The notes under the pieces are model-generated. The model worked only from the letters and a program-made list of their open reading frames with translations. It was not told where the DNA came from and searched no databases. DNA of 54,906 bases from Octopus bimaculoides (taxonomy: Eukaryota). Both the position numbers and the translations under genes were made by a program. Each line of letters starts with the position of its first letter. Position 1 is the first letter of the stretch. Below, in pieces: positions 1 through 10,474 of this stretch. The DNA lies in assembly GCF_001194135.2 (NCBI RefSeq), contig NC_068986.1:4787467-4842372 (forward strand), given 5' to 3'.

Positions 1-298
1 CTCTGTAATTATTTGTATCTAAAGCGTCACCTTTACCTTTGTAGCAGTTGACTATGATGCTGCTACACCAGTCATTGGGTATGACTCCTTCGTGTATCAC
101 CTGGTTCGTAATACGGGTGACTAGGCTATAGCCAACACTGCCAGATATTTTGAGCATCTCTGCAGTGATTCCTGATGGGCCGGGGGCTTTCCCGGTCTTC
201 ATACTCTTAATTGCTTTATCTACCCTGGTACTATCAACTCGGATAGCTGGTCCCTCTATTGGGTCGACATACGGCAGGTTCTCTTTCTCCCATTCATT
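1..298 (-). mobile_element. RTE-clade LINE ORF2 fragment (region just N-terminal of and entering the RT domain), stop-free, running off the window edge
   Basis: Manual minus-strand translation gives [50 protein letters not shown]...IPNDWCSSIIVNCYKGKGDALDTNNYR. KAPGPxG and W..S.IV..YKGKGD...NYR are typical non-LTR RT-proximal motifs. The 5' side is truncated at a (TA)n tract. Confidence 0.9.
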
Positions 299-300
299 CT

Positions 301-334
<34 letters not shown>

Positions 335-432
335 TATATACATACATATATACATACATATATACACATACATACATACATATACACATACATAACATGC
401 ATACATATATACATACATACATACATACATAT
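301..432. repeat. (TA)n/(TACA)n microsatellite
   Basis: Directly visible simple repeat. Confidence 0.95.
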
Positions 433-434
433 TG

Positions 435-700
435 AAAGAATGAGAGAGCAAACTGATGTGGATTCTCCAAAACCAATCTATTAACATCACAGTGAAGATT
501 TGTAAGACATTCGAATGACTCTCCATCAGAAATTCTTTAGGTGAATAGATGCACACAATTGGGTGTATGCATTGACAGCTCAACCAGCACACAAACTCAA
601 CCACATGTTTAAAACTGCAGGGAACCTTCTTAAGAAGAACTTGAATAAAAATAAAAGAAAAACATACTAGCGAGATGTCTAGTGCCAATATGAGTCACAG
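435..700 (+). mobile_element. 3' end of an R4/Dong-like (REL-endonuclease) non-LTR retrotransposon, degraded
   Basis: acagtgaagatttgtaagacattc (TVKICKTF) matches the 3' end of the minus-strand relic at about 36.1 kb (TVKICNTF). It is followed by an A-rich 3' UTR. Confidence 0.55.
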
Positions 701-1029
701 GCTCAGAGAAGTGGGAGCGTCATGATCTCTAGCACAAACTAAAGATACCCAAAATCTCCAATGCTATTCCCTGCATATCTGGTTTTATATCAGAGTGACC
801 TCCTCCTAGAGACATGCTTCAACAGAAACTCAGGGGTGCCTCACACCCAGTGGTCTTCTAGCACACAGGACACCATCCTGGAAATTCTGTGTACCCATGT
901 TATTGCTAGATAACTGTTGAGCCTGCACTAGGTTCATCCAACCTGTTGAAAGGTTGGACATACATATATACATTCATGCACACATACATACATGCATACA
1001 GACATACATATATAATTAAGTGAAATTAG

Positions 1030-1455
1030 CTGCAGGTATGGTTCTGTAGTTAAGAAGTTTGCTTCCCAAACACATGGTTTTTTTTTACCCCCGTCTCCTA
1101 TGTGGTACCTCAGACAAGTGTCGTCTACTATAAATCTGAGCCAATCAAAGCACTGAGAATGAATTTGTTAGACAGACAAAGAAAAAGACTCTCGTGTGTA
1201 TGAGTATGGTCTGTACTCCACAGCAGAAGTGTTAAGGCTGCTCACATTGGTGAAGAGGATTGGACCGCAAGAGTCGTGTGCCGGTGCCATGTAAAAAGCA
1301 CCCTGAACACTCAGTGAAGTGGTTGGCATTAGGAAGAACATCCAGCCATAGAAACCATGCCAAGTCAGACTGGAGCCTGGTGTAGCTCTCCAGCTCGTCA
1401 AAACATCCAACTCATACCAGTATGGAAAATAGACATTAAATGATGATGATGATGT
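1030..1455 (+). mobile_element. tRNA-derived SINE (head and core) joined to an RTE-type 3' tail ending in (GAT)n
   Basis: Head gtagttaagaagtttgcttcccaaacacatgg, core gacaagtgtcgtctactata...gaatttgttagacag, tail gtggttggcattaggaagaacatccagcc...gacattaaatgatgatgat. All three parts recur elsewhere in the window. Confidence 0.75.
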
Positions 1456-3399
1456 GTATGTGCACATATATATATTTGAATTTATATACATGACAAATAC
1501 AAGTTTATATGATTTGTTTCTACATACATTTCACCATTGTGATTTGTTTAAAATTCTGTATTGGACATTCCAAATGCAATTGAAGGCTTAACCACAATGA
1601 ATCATTGGAGGATATGTTATTGCATTATATTACATAGAACTAATTCTCTAAAAATAGATGTATGACTACTATGTTGAGTTTAGTGTTCCAGTCAGCTTCC
1701 AGTATTACCACTTATGACATGAGCAAATGAAGGATAAATTACAATATGCACAAGCTTATATAATTTGTTCTTACACACTGGGAACATTCAATTCCAAGTT
1801 CTAAACAACCACAATAGTGAAATGCAAGTAGGAACAACTGATATAAACTTGTTTCTATCATAAATTTTCCTACCTTTGCTCTGTCTATCATAACTAATAA
1901 AACTACTAAGTAGTAGTATCTTAACTCCTACATTGGAAGTAGACTTATGATTATTATCTATATGGAGCTTTAAACTTAATAGTAGCAGTCCATACATTGG
2001 TTTGTACACACATGGTACACTATATACGTTGAATGAGTACCCATCACCAATGAGATCCAATACAGATCGAAAATACATGATCTGGTGGTCTTGGAGTTAG
2101 GGTGGCAGGAGTTATCTCCTACTTGCAATAAATATCAAGTGCAAGAAGCACACTGAATAAGCCAGCTGGAGATGTCTTTCTGGGGTTAAATGGCAGTATT
2201 ATTGTCTCTTACAGGAAAGCCACATTAAAGTGGTCATAAACAATGCTTTTATATATACATACACACACACAAACACATATAAATACATTTATATATATAT
2301 ATATATATGAAAGAAGTTGGGATTCATTTAGATTTTTCCTTTTTAAATTTTTGAAGACTTAACCATGTTCATAGATTTCTCTGATTTTCAAAAGTTGAGA
2401 AAGAAAGACATGAAGCTATGCAGCAAACAAAAGCAAGACAGTTGCAGCATAGCCCCAAGTCCTACTATCTCTTCATATATTTGTAAGATTTATAGTGTTC
2501 TTGTTAGGTGGCCATCTGATATAGTCATTAGAGCATCAGATAGATTGCTTTGAGGAAATAACTCCATCTCCCTGCACCTTGAGTTCAAACCCCACCAAGG
2601 TCAGCTTTGCCTTCATTCTATTGAAGTCAATAAATTAAACAGAAGTCCTGTATTGGATGGAGTTGGTTCTTCTCCTTCTAAAAGAACAATGCTTTCTATG
2701 ATGCCGTCAAAAAAAGCTGACAGCTGAAAGCAAAGCAAAGCATATACTGTTGTAGTTGTTACTTAGCTGCTTAATCTCAAATCAATCTTGATCAAGTAAC
2801 TCTAATAGAATTCCAGCCATGTTCATCTCATCTGAGAGATATCTAAGTATTAACCAGCATGTATTTCTCTTTTTGAAAACAATGAAGTAGGATATAAGGA
2901 CAATTTCACTGCTATTTCTAGCAGGCGAAGTAAGACTGGAAGTTGTAAATATATCTGACTATAGACAATGCAACAACACACAATATCTAACAACATACAG
3001 GTACTGTTTTACCTTATCAGGGTGTCCAACCATCCTACACACACCAGGATGAAGGTAAAGGCCCAATCATGAAACAAGAAGTACTGGTTTACATAATTAC
3101 TACATGATTACTAGTATCAAACCATTTTTGATCTGACCTGAAGAGGGAGATAACTCAAAATATATCTAACAACAGACAATACATTGGAACCAGGAAGGAG
3201 CTACTATCTGTGTTGTCTACCAAGTTGCAAGAAATGACATCTATAGCTCCCTCAAACTACACCCAACTTTCTTAGAAAAGATCAGATTTCATGTTATGTG
3301 ATAATTATGTCTGGAATCCTGCAGGGTGTCCAAAATCACCCTCTTCACCAAGCAAGCTTGGTAGAGTTTCCAGTTTACACGCCAACAACCTGACTATGC

Positions 3400-4086
3400 A
3401 ACAGGTTGTACTGACAACTCCTTTACTCCCAACTATACAAGGGGAAAAGAAACTATGGAAGACCTGGACTGCTATTCAAAGATACTGCAAAAATGGAATA
3501 TGAAGTGGAAAGGATTTGATCATAGTAAATAGCAAACCTGAGTGAAAAACCAACCAGTATGGTGAAAGCTTACCAAGTCATGCCAAAGCCATGAACAGTC
3601 GTATTTGCAATGACTGACTGACGCCAGAATGTCTGGATTGCCTTTCATTATATGTATAATGCATGCAAGACTCAAGAGAGATTTAAGGAAGAATGTTATG
3701 TTCGAGAAGGTGAATCACAATGACCTTTTTGTGTGCAGAGTTTGTGACAGACGATGCCTTTCTTTCGCTGAGCTCAAATTTCATTTGTGAACCCATGGAA
3801 AACGAACCTCCATCAACTATTCTGCCTATATGTCTGTGCACACTTTTCAATGCAATGTATGCCAGAAGGTTTACAAATCTAACGGAGGTCTCAAAACACA
3901 TTTTAAGATCCACAAAGATCAGAACTTATCTGCAGCTCTTGGTGATCCAAATCGGATATGCAGTCTATGTGGGTGTCTTTTCAAAACATTGGTCTGGTTT
4001 AAAAAGCCACATCAGATGTGATGATGGTTCTCAGGTGTAGGTACAGGAGGGGGTCAAACTCTGCATAAGGAGTAGACAACCACCAG

Positions 4087-4088
<2 letters not shown>
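3400..4088 (+). mobile_element. RTE-like LINE 3' end with C-terminal C2H2 zinc-finger motifs, degraded
   Basis: GRPGLLFKDTAK resembles the RTE C-terminal GRP...KD motif. It is followed by FQCNVCQKVYKSNGGLKTHFKIH and ICSLCGCLFKTL.GLKSHIRC (second finger frameshifted), and ends at a (TA)n tract. Confidence 0.6.

Positions 4089-4154
<66 letters not shown>
4089..4154. repeat. (TA)n microsatellite
   Basis: Directly visible. Confidence 0.97.
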
Positions 4155-4156
<2 letters not shown>

Positions 4157-4224
4157 TTGTATCGCCAAGACCATCAGATGTTGTACAGCACTGGTCACAA
4201 TGCACTTCCTTGCATTATTGTGGC

Positions 4225-4445
4225 CTTCAAATGATGCCAACTTGCTGACTAAGCAGGCAGGCAAACATTACTCACTGAACAGAATGCCAGTCCATCAAAG
4301 GATTATCCACATACAACTGAGTTGACTGGAGCATGTGTGAAATGAAGTGTATTGTTGAAGAACACATTGTACCATCAGTCTGGGAATCGAAACCATGATC
4401 TTGTGATCATAAGTACAACATCCTAACCACTAAGCCATGTGTCTT
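4225..4445 (-). mobile_element. tRNA-derived SINE (second family; a related copy lies at about 27205-27320 on +)
   Basis: Minus-strand head tggcttagtggttaggatg...ggtttcgattcccagac carries A-box- and B-box-like motifs, followed by a shared core (ctccagtcaactc). Confidence 0.7.
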
Positions 4446-4946
4446 TGCACACATAATATATGCTTATGTGTGTGTCTATAGAGATATGCATGTATATATG
4501 TATGAATAACAATGTATGTATATGCACATAGGACTGAGTTGACCTGGAATTAGGCATAAACAACTGTATAGAAAAGAGCCAGTGTTGTAATCTGGTCATT
4601 GCACAACCTTATATATGTATACATTGATATGTATTTATACCACTGTATGTATATAAACATAAACAACTGTATAGAAAATAGCCAATGTTGTAATTTATGT
4701 TGTAGTGGTACCTTTATGAAATAGCAACCAAATCTTATCATGTTTTAAAAGTTCACATTAGATATTATGACTCTTTAACATTGTGCTTAAATGATAAAAA
4801 TAATAATAAAAAGTTACATTGGCTATGGTTGAAACAAATTTTATCACAGGCCTCTACAATCATGTTTAATTTGGAACAAAGTAATGATACCTATGTAAAC
4901 TAAAAAGAACCCTATACACAGAGTGTTAAATCCTGTTTCTTATATA

Positions 4947-5843
4947 TGAGTTGTGTTCAAAAAGTATCCAACTACTTTTTCCTACCAAAACTAATGCCAC
5001 ATGCAAAAAATCCTTTTGATGGGAGGTAATACTATTTTTCCTGCACACGTGAGAAAATTTTCATGCCTGTAGGCCATGTCAGTTCTCAGTTGTTATGCCT
5101 AGAGTATAGATATATATAGTGCATGTTCGTCGGAGTTTTGTATTCACCAAGTGTACTTAACTGAGACATTGCATCAAGTTTTGCTAAAAGCTTGGTGATA
5201 CTCAAACTCAAACAATTCAACAGGCTTTTGGTGATGATGCCAAACTCAGATCTAGGAGTGGTACAACTACTTCAAACATAGCTGCACTTCCGTGGAGAGC
5301 AAGACTTGTTCAGGCAGACCGTCCACAAGCCAAAAGAAGGAGTCAATTGACAAGGTTTGGCAAACAGTCATGGAAGACCATTGAGTAATAATCCAGGAAA
5401 TTGCTCACACAGTGGGAATAGGCACAGGATCAGTACATTCCATTTTAACAGAGGATTTGTGCATGTGAAGATTGTCAGCAAAATTTATTCCCAAGGTGCT
5501 GGTTGAGCAGCAGAAGTAACAGCCACATGGAAACTGCTAGATATGCTAGACTGTGCAAATCACGACCCAGACTTTATGAAGACAATCTTCACTGATGATG
5601 AGACGTGGGTTTATGGGTCTGCTTGATGTGCTCGGTTATCTTGCATGAAAATGATAAACCAATGAGTGCACACAACACATCTGTTCTCTTAACATAATAG
5701 CTGCAAAATGACAGTGCACTGGTGCAAAAAATGTCCATGCATGTACAGGAAAGATGGCACCACCACTCACCGAAAGGGTTTGGCACTTGCAGCATTAATT
5801 TTGGTGGGAAAAATAAAGTCAAATACTTTTTGAACGCACCTCG
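4947..5843 (+). mobile_element. Internally deleted mariner (Tc1/mariner) DNA transposon
   Basis: About 50-bp imperfect TIRs (left tgagttgtgttcaaaaagtat...; right end reverse-complements to cgaggtgcgttcaaaaagtat...) with TA on both sides (4945-4946, 5844-5845). Transposase remnants CIKFC.KLGD, EWYN.FK..CTSVES...SGRPST, LSAKFIPK and DPDFMKTIFTDDETWVYG, after which the rest of the catalytic domain is deleted. Confidence 0.9.
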
Positions 5844-6019
5844 TATTGTCAAATACAGTAAGAGACTATATTTCTTTATTTCTCCCTAAATATTTTATCC
5901 TATTTAGGTATGTATGAGTGAAAAAAATGCATAGATTCCAATAGGCATATGCCTTCATGGGTATGCATGTATAGATATATCAATATAAATATACACTGTT
6001 CACCATGCACATGACCATT

Positions 6020-6047
6020 GACATACACTCATACATACATGTGCATA

Positions 6048-6089
<42 letters not shown>

Positions 6090-6160
6090 TATATACACAC
6101 ACACGCTAACATACATACGTACATATATTTATACATATGCCTGTATATGAATACATATGC

Positions 6161-6195
<35 letters not shown>

Positions 6196-6207
6196 TGTAT
6201 ATATATG

Positions 6208-6238
<31 letters not shown>

Positions 6239-6265
6239 ATATGCATGCATACACACGCACAATCA
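6020..6265. repeat. (TA)/(CA)/(TG) compound microsatellite
   Basis: Directly visible. Confidence 0.9.
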
Positions 6266-6530
6266 TACAATTGAAAGAATGACTATTTATCTACAACATG
6301 TGCAAAGGTACTAAACAGATTCAAATACGTGACTTTTAATAACTAGAGTTGTTCATCAATGGATTATAGATTCCATTGATTTTATAGGATGAAGAAGGTG
6401 AGTTTCGATAAGCTATATTTCTCATTGGGTATGAGCAACATCACTGAAATATAAAGGCTACAACCATCAATCGATTTTAGGTCGTGCAGTTCTTTTCTTT
6501 TCCTGGTATTTACATCCTTCCGCAGTGTTT

Positions 6531-6531
6531 A

Positions 6532-6562
<31 letters not shown>

Positions 6563-6653
6563 CATATATACATATACACACACACACATACATACATATA
6601 CACACACACACACATACATATACACACACACACACACACACATATATACATAT

Positions 6654-6686
<33 letters not shown>

Positions 6687-7314
6687 TATACACACACACA
6701 TATATACACACGCACACACATATATACACACACACACATATANNNNNNNNNNNNNNNNNNNNNNNNNNNNNNNNNNNNNNNNNNNNNNNNNNNNNNNNNN
6801 NNNNNNNNNNNNNNNNNNNNNNNNNNNNNNNNNNNNNNNNNNNNNNNNNNNNNNNNNNNNNNNNNNNNNNNNNNNNNNNNNNNNNNNNNNNNNNNNNNNN
6901 NNNNNNNNNNNNNNNNNNNNNNNNNNNNNNNNNNNNNNNNNNNNNNNNNNNNNNNNNNNNNNNNNNNNNNNNNNNNNNNNNNNNNNNNNNNNNNNNNNNN
7001 NNNNNNNNNNNNNNNNNNNNNNNNNNNNNNNNNNNNNNNNNNNNNNNNNNNNNNNNNNNNNNNNNNNNNNNNNNNNNNNNNNNNNNNNNNNNNNNNNNNN
7101 NNNNNNNNNNNNNNNNNNNNNNNNNNNNNNNNNNNNNNNNNNNNNNNNNNNNNNNNNNNNNNNNNNNNNNNNNNNNNNNNNNNNNNNNNNNNNNNNNNNN
7201 NNNNNNNNNNNNNNNNNNNNNNNNNNNNNNNNNNNNNNNNNNNNNNNNNNNNNNNNNNNNNNNNNNNNNNNNNNNNNNNNNNNNNATATATATATATATA
7301 TATATATATACACA
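6531..7314. repeat. (TA)/(CA) microsatellite spanning assembly gap 6743-7285
   Basis: Simple repeats on both sides of the N run. Confidence 0.9.
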
Positions 7315-7829
7315 CTAGCAGTATAGCCCGGCGTTGCCCGGGATTAAGCTAGGATTATGAAGTGCTTTATTTCAAACCAAAATAAGTAACATTGACATCA
7401 GATTTGAGCAAAATCCGTTGAAATTGGTTGGCTGAAAAAGGTTTGCTGGCAATTTGATTGTGAAATCCCATAAGGAATCAGTTTATTGGTTATTTCCACT
7501 CATTTACTGCTTTTTTTAAGTTGCATTAGAGATCTGCATAAGAGAAGGTTAATCTGAAGGTTTGCATTGGGGATCTGGATTGGAGCAGCTTAGGAAAACT
7601 TACCACAACCTTAACCAAAAAATAAGGGGCCTGTCCCTCTAGGTTACATCTATGAGCAACTTAGTCAATCACTGATATTAGCCAAGTGAGCATTGTTGTT
7701 GGAGAAGTCAGCATTGTCCAATAAAAAAGAGGAAGAGTCCATAAGTCATGTTGCCATGGTTTGAGAATATGTCGGACCAATGCTTCTGGATTACTGTTTA
7801 TAACCGCATCGGCTGCAATGACAACTTGT

Positions 7830-9916
7830 CTATAAAACTTCGCTATAGACAACATTGCGTGTTCTGCCCTGAGGAGCATACACAAAAACAGCGTTTCTAC
7901 TACCCACACGAGAGCAGGCCAGATAAAGTTGCTCATGTGAAAAGCATGGCTCCCCCAAATGGATGCCTGCCACTGATAGTGTTTGGCCTTGAGATTTGTT
8001 GATGGACATGGTAAAGATGGTCTCACTGGGAACTGTGAAAGTGAAATGGTATGTCTGACCCCGAGGGATAAAGGTGCATCCTTGAAATGAAAACAATTTC
8101 ACCCCTCCCGCACTCTGTAACAATGGTGGCCTCAATCAAGTGGGGCATCAGGGACTTAACTATGTGTCCTGGGTTCGTTCGTGCATGTACCTGGGACCCC
8201 CCGTGTAGCTGAAGGGTAATATGCAGGTCTTTCCCAGGTTTCAGGGATCAGCATCATTCTGGATCCCATCTCGTAGATGGATGTAGCAGTCACTGCGTAG
8301 CTCTTTCTGGTGTGTTTTTATAAAACACAGACACTCGGATTCAACCTTGGCAGCCATGTCCAGTGCAAACTGATGAAGTAGGTCTTGCGACCAATGCAAG
8401 TGATTGAAGCTGTTCACCTGCAGCATAAATCTGTAGGCATAATATGCCCTTGACGACATTGTTTTGGCCAATGTCACAGAGGGGTCGTTGAGTGGATGAT
8501 GTTGAATGCCGAAATGGTAACCATCCTCCCCGCAAGTGAACAAAAGAGGGTACTGTAGGCTGTCGTAAGAGCGGTGAGTTTCACTAATCCTACGAAGGCC
8601 GCCGCCACGGCATGAAATAACTATATCTCTGGGGTTTTGTTGGTCCCCATGAAGAACGACTGCTACCTCATTGCATGCGGGAGCATTGAAGCAGCGAGCA
8701 TGCTTCCCAGATGGCCTCTTGTCAGCATCAATGATGACATTGTAGTTGGGACAGGGTGCGTTCTCCAGCGTGCATTTGAAGCTAAGGATGTAACTGTTGT
8801 GCTTGTGCAGCATTGTTTGTAGGCCAAGTAAGATGTCTCTGTCAAAAGTTTCAGCTTCTGTGTTGTCTCCATTCGCCGGGAAATTGGCTACTCGTGCTGC
8901 GGCCTGTTGATTGTAGTCAGAGATGAAATAAAGCTGCAAAAACGCCGGTGAACTATTGTTAGGGGGCTGGAGTGACCCAATGAGGTGGTAAACCTATCCC
9001 TGAACCTTAAAAGTTGGCATCCACCTTTCCTGTCGGACAACTTTAGCCCCAAAGGAGGTCAAAGGAGGTCATCTGGAAAGCGCAATTGTATGTCCTGATA
9101 AGTTGAAGAAATCTGGATGACCTTAGTGCGGACCCTGCCAGCAGGTCCTTCAAAGGCTGTAGAGGGTCAAGTGGTGGAAGCTGCACTTTGCCATTTGAGC
9201 AGCACATCCCAGGTGGTTCAGCTGACCATTTCTTAGTATTGCAGTGCTTACAGGTGGAGCGCATACCCCCAATCTCGATTTCAGAACAGGAGGAGTAGCT
9301 TATCATCGGTTCATAGTTGAAAGCCTTCATGAGCCAATAGGAACTATTGGGGCTTGTAATGCTGCGAGCAGCCCCTCGCCAATGACTATTCCTCTGTAGC
9401 CTACCATATCTCTGTGGAGGAGTCTCAGCAGATCGCATAGTAGTAGTGGCAGCAGTGTTTTGCGAATTTCGGACTGCTCATTGTTCCACAGTCTCGCAGG
9501 CTCTTGAATTGGTAATGGCAGCAGCATTCTTAGAATTGTGTGTTGCCCGTTGTTCGACAGTCTCGGAGGCTCTTGCTTTAACAGTGGCAGCAGCATTCTT
9601 TGAATTGCGTATTGCCCGTTGTTCAGCTGTCTCGGTTGCTCTTGCATTGGCAGTGGCAGCAGCGGTTCTTTGAATTGCGAGCAGATCGAGCTGAGCTCGT
9701 TTCTTGAAAACGCACTGAACGGTCGTACGACCTCCTCCTTTGTAGTCGCATAGCTCTTTCGTCGTCACTTTCGGTGACTCTCCTGCTCAAAGCATGCAAA
9801 GAGGTCTGAGCCAATCGCAAATTACTTTCGTGAGAAGTCTCATTGACCCTTCAAGCCCTCTGTGCCAACGCAGCAGCCGTTCGACGCCCGAGACAGATTC
9901 TTTTCTTAGGTGGCAT
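7830..9916 (-). pseudogene. Helitron RepHel pseudogene: STPR-like N-terminal repeats, Cys-rich segment and helitron_like_N region fused by deletion to the Pif1 helicase C-terminus
   Basis: Start MPPKKRICLGRRTAAA at 9916; 23-aa repeats RAxETxEQRAxxNSKNAAA; CKHCNTKKWSAEPPGMCCSNGKVQLP; YNCAFQMTSFG; LQLYFISD; SYDSLQYPLLF; LPFSYTGGPRYMHERTQD; then directly VKSLMPHLIEATIV and SINKSQGQTL...PCFSHEQLYLACSRVG (Pif1 motifs V/VI). It carries several stops and frameshifts. Confidence 0.92.
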
Positions 9917-9955
9917 TTTGTAAATTGGGAGAGAGAGAAAATGAAACTGATAGAT

Positions 9956-10257
9956 GGGGAAATATGATTAAATGAAGGCACAAATGAAGCTGAAGTTGCA
10001 GTTCTGATGAATGAAAAATCAGCAATGAGAACAAAACTGTTTTCAAACACAGACAACGTTACGCGGTCGTTTTCAATTAAGAGTAACTTGTTTTGTCAAA
10101 CAAACAGCTGAAAAATAAAGCAAATTAAGAATGCAGACTCTCTATATAAGAAATATGCTACAAAACCCTGTTTTTGAAACTATATCTCGTGTTTAAGAAG
10201 AAAAAAAAGCATTTTACATTTTCAGCCTCGGAAATCCCCCACACATACACACATTCC
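9956..10257. repeat. Left copy of duplicated modules in order A (about 9956-10088), B (about 10093-10183), C (about 10212-10257)
   Basis: Direct-orientation matches to 11475-11781, e.g. ggggaaatatgattaaatgaaggcacaaatgaagctgaagttgc, gtcaaacaaacagctgaaaaataaagc and ttacattttcagcctcggaaatccccca. Confidence 0.85.
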
Positions 10258-10314
10258 TTGTCGCTGGTCAAACAATTCTTTTTCAGGGTTGTGCACACGT
10301 GCGCAAAAGGGAAC

Positions 10315-10435
10315 AATTTGACCATTGGAATCATGGTCAAATGATTGCCTTCAACACAAAATTCCTTTTGTCTTGCGAACAAAAGGAATTTTGTGTCGAA
10401 GGCAATCATTTGACCATGATTCCAACGGTCAAATT
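10315..10435. repeat. 121-bp near-perfect palindrome (57-bp arms, 7-nt spacer) with a 9-bp inner inverted repeat in each arm
   Basis: The arm 10315-10371 equals the reverse complement of 10379-10435 except for 2 transitions. The inner repeat is atttgacca...tggtcaaat. Confidence 0.95.
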
Positions 10436-10474
10436 CCTTTTGTTCGCAAAAGGATCGTGTTCGTGAAATTGAAA

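Larger units (their letters stand above)
7315..10257 (-). mobile_element. Helitron (rolling-circle transposon), non-autonomous deletion derivative; 5' end unresolved and may extend to the gap at 12145
   Basis: The minus-strand 3' terminus is ...CCCGGGCAACGCCGGG-ctatactg-CTAG followed by T. This is a 16-nt GC hairpin (7327-7342) 8 nt before a CTAG end (7315-7318), the canonical Helitron 3' end. A RepHel pseudogene lies inside. Confidence 0.9.

Noticed and set aside
1788-2160. Non-repetitive stretch with a 96-aa minus ORF and a gtaag donor-like site near 1790
   Set aside because: No recognisable domain in any frame and no consistent acceptor/donor pair.
4557-4698. ~40-bp direct repeat 100 bp apart
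   Set aside because: A short local duplication in AT-rich microsatellite-flanked DNA with no further structure.
6398-6413. Possible micro-exon ttttatag|GATGAAGAAG|gtgagt
   Set aside because: The splice signals are good, but a 10-nt exon with no partner exons or homology cannot be distinguished from chance in 55 kb.
6467-7352. Long ORFs of 250-280 aa (also 12111-12878, 35051-35857, 46267-46663, 50978-51424)
   Set aside because: They are read-through of N gaps and dinucleotide repeats (YIYI/HTHT/VCVC) and are not genes.
10325-10474. N-terminal extension MESWSNDC... of the transposase ORF
   Set aside because: It is simply the palindrome read in frame. Family-like sequence begins at ATG 10475.
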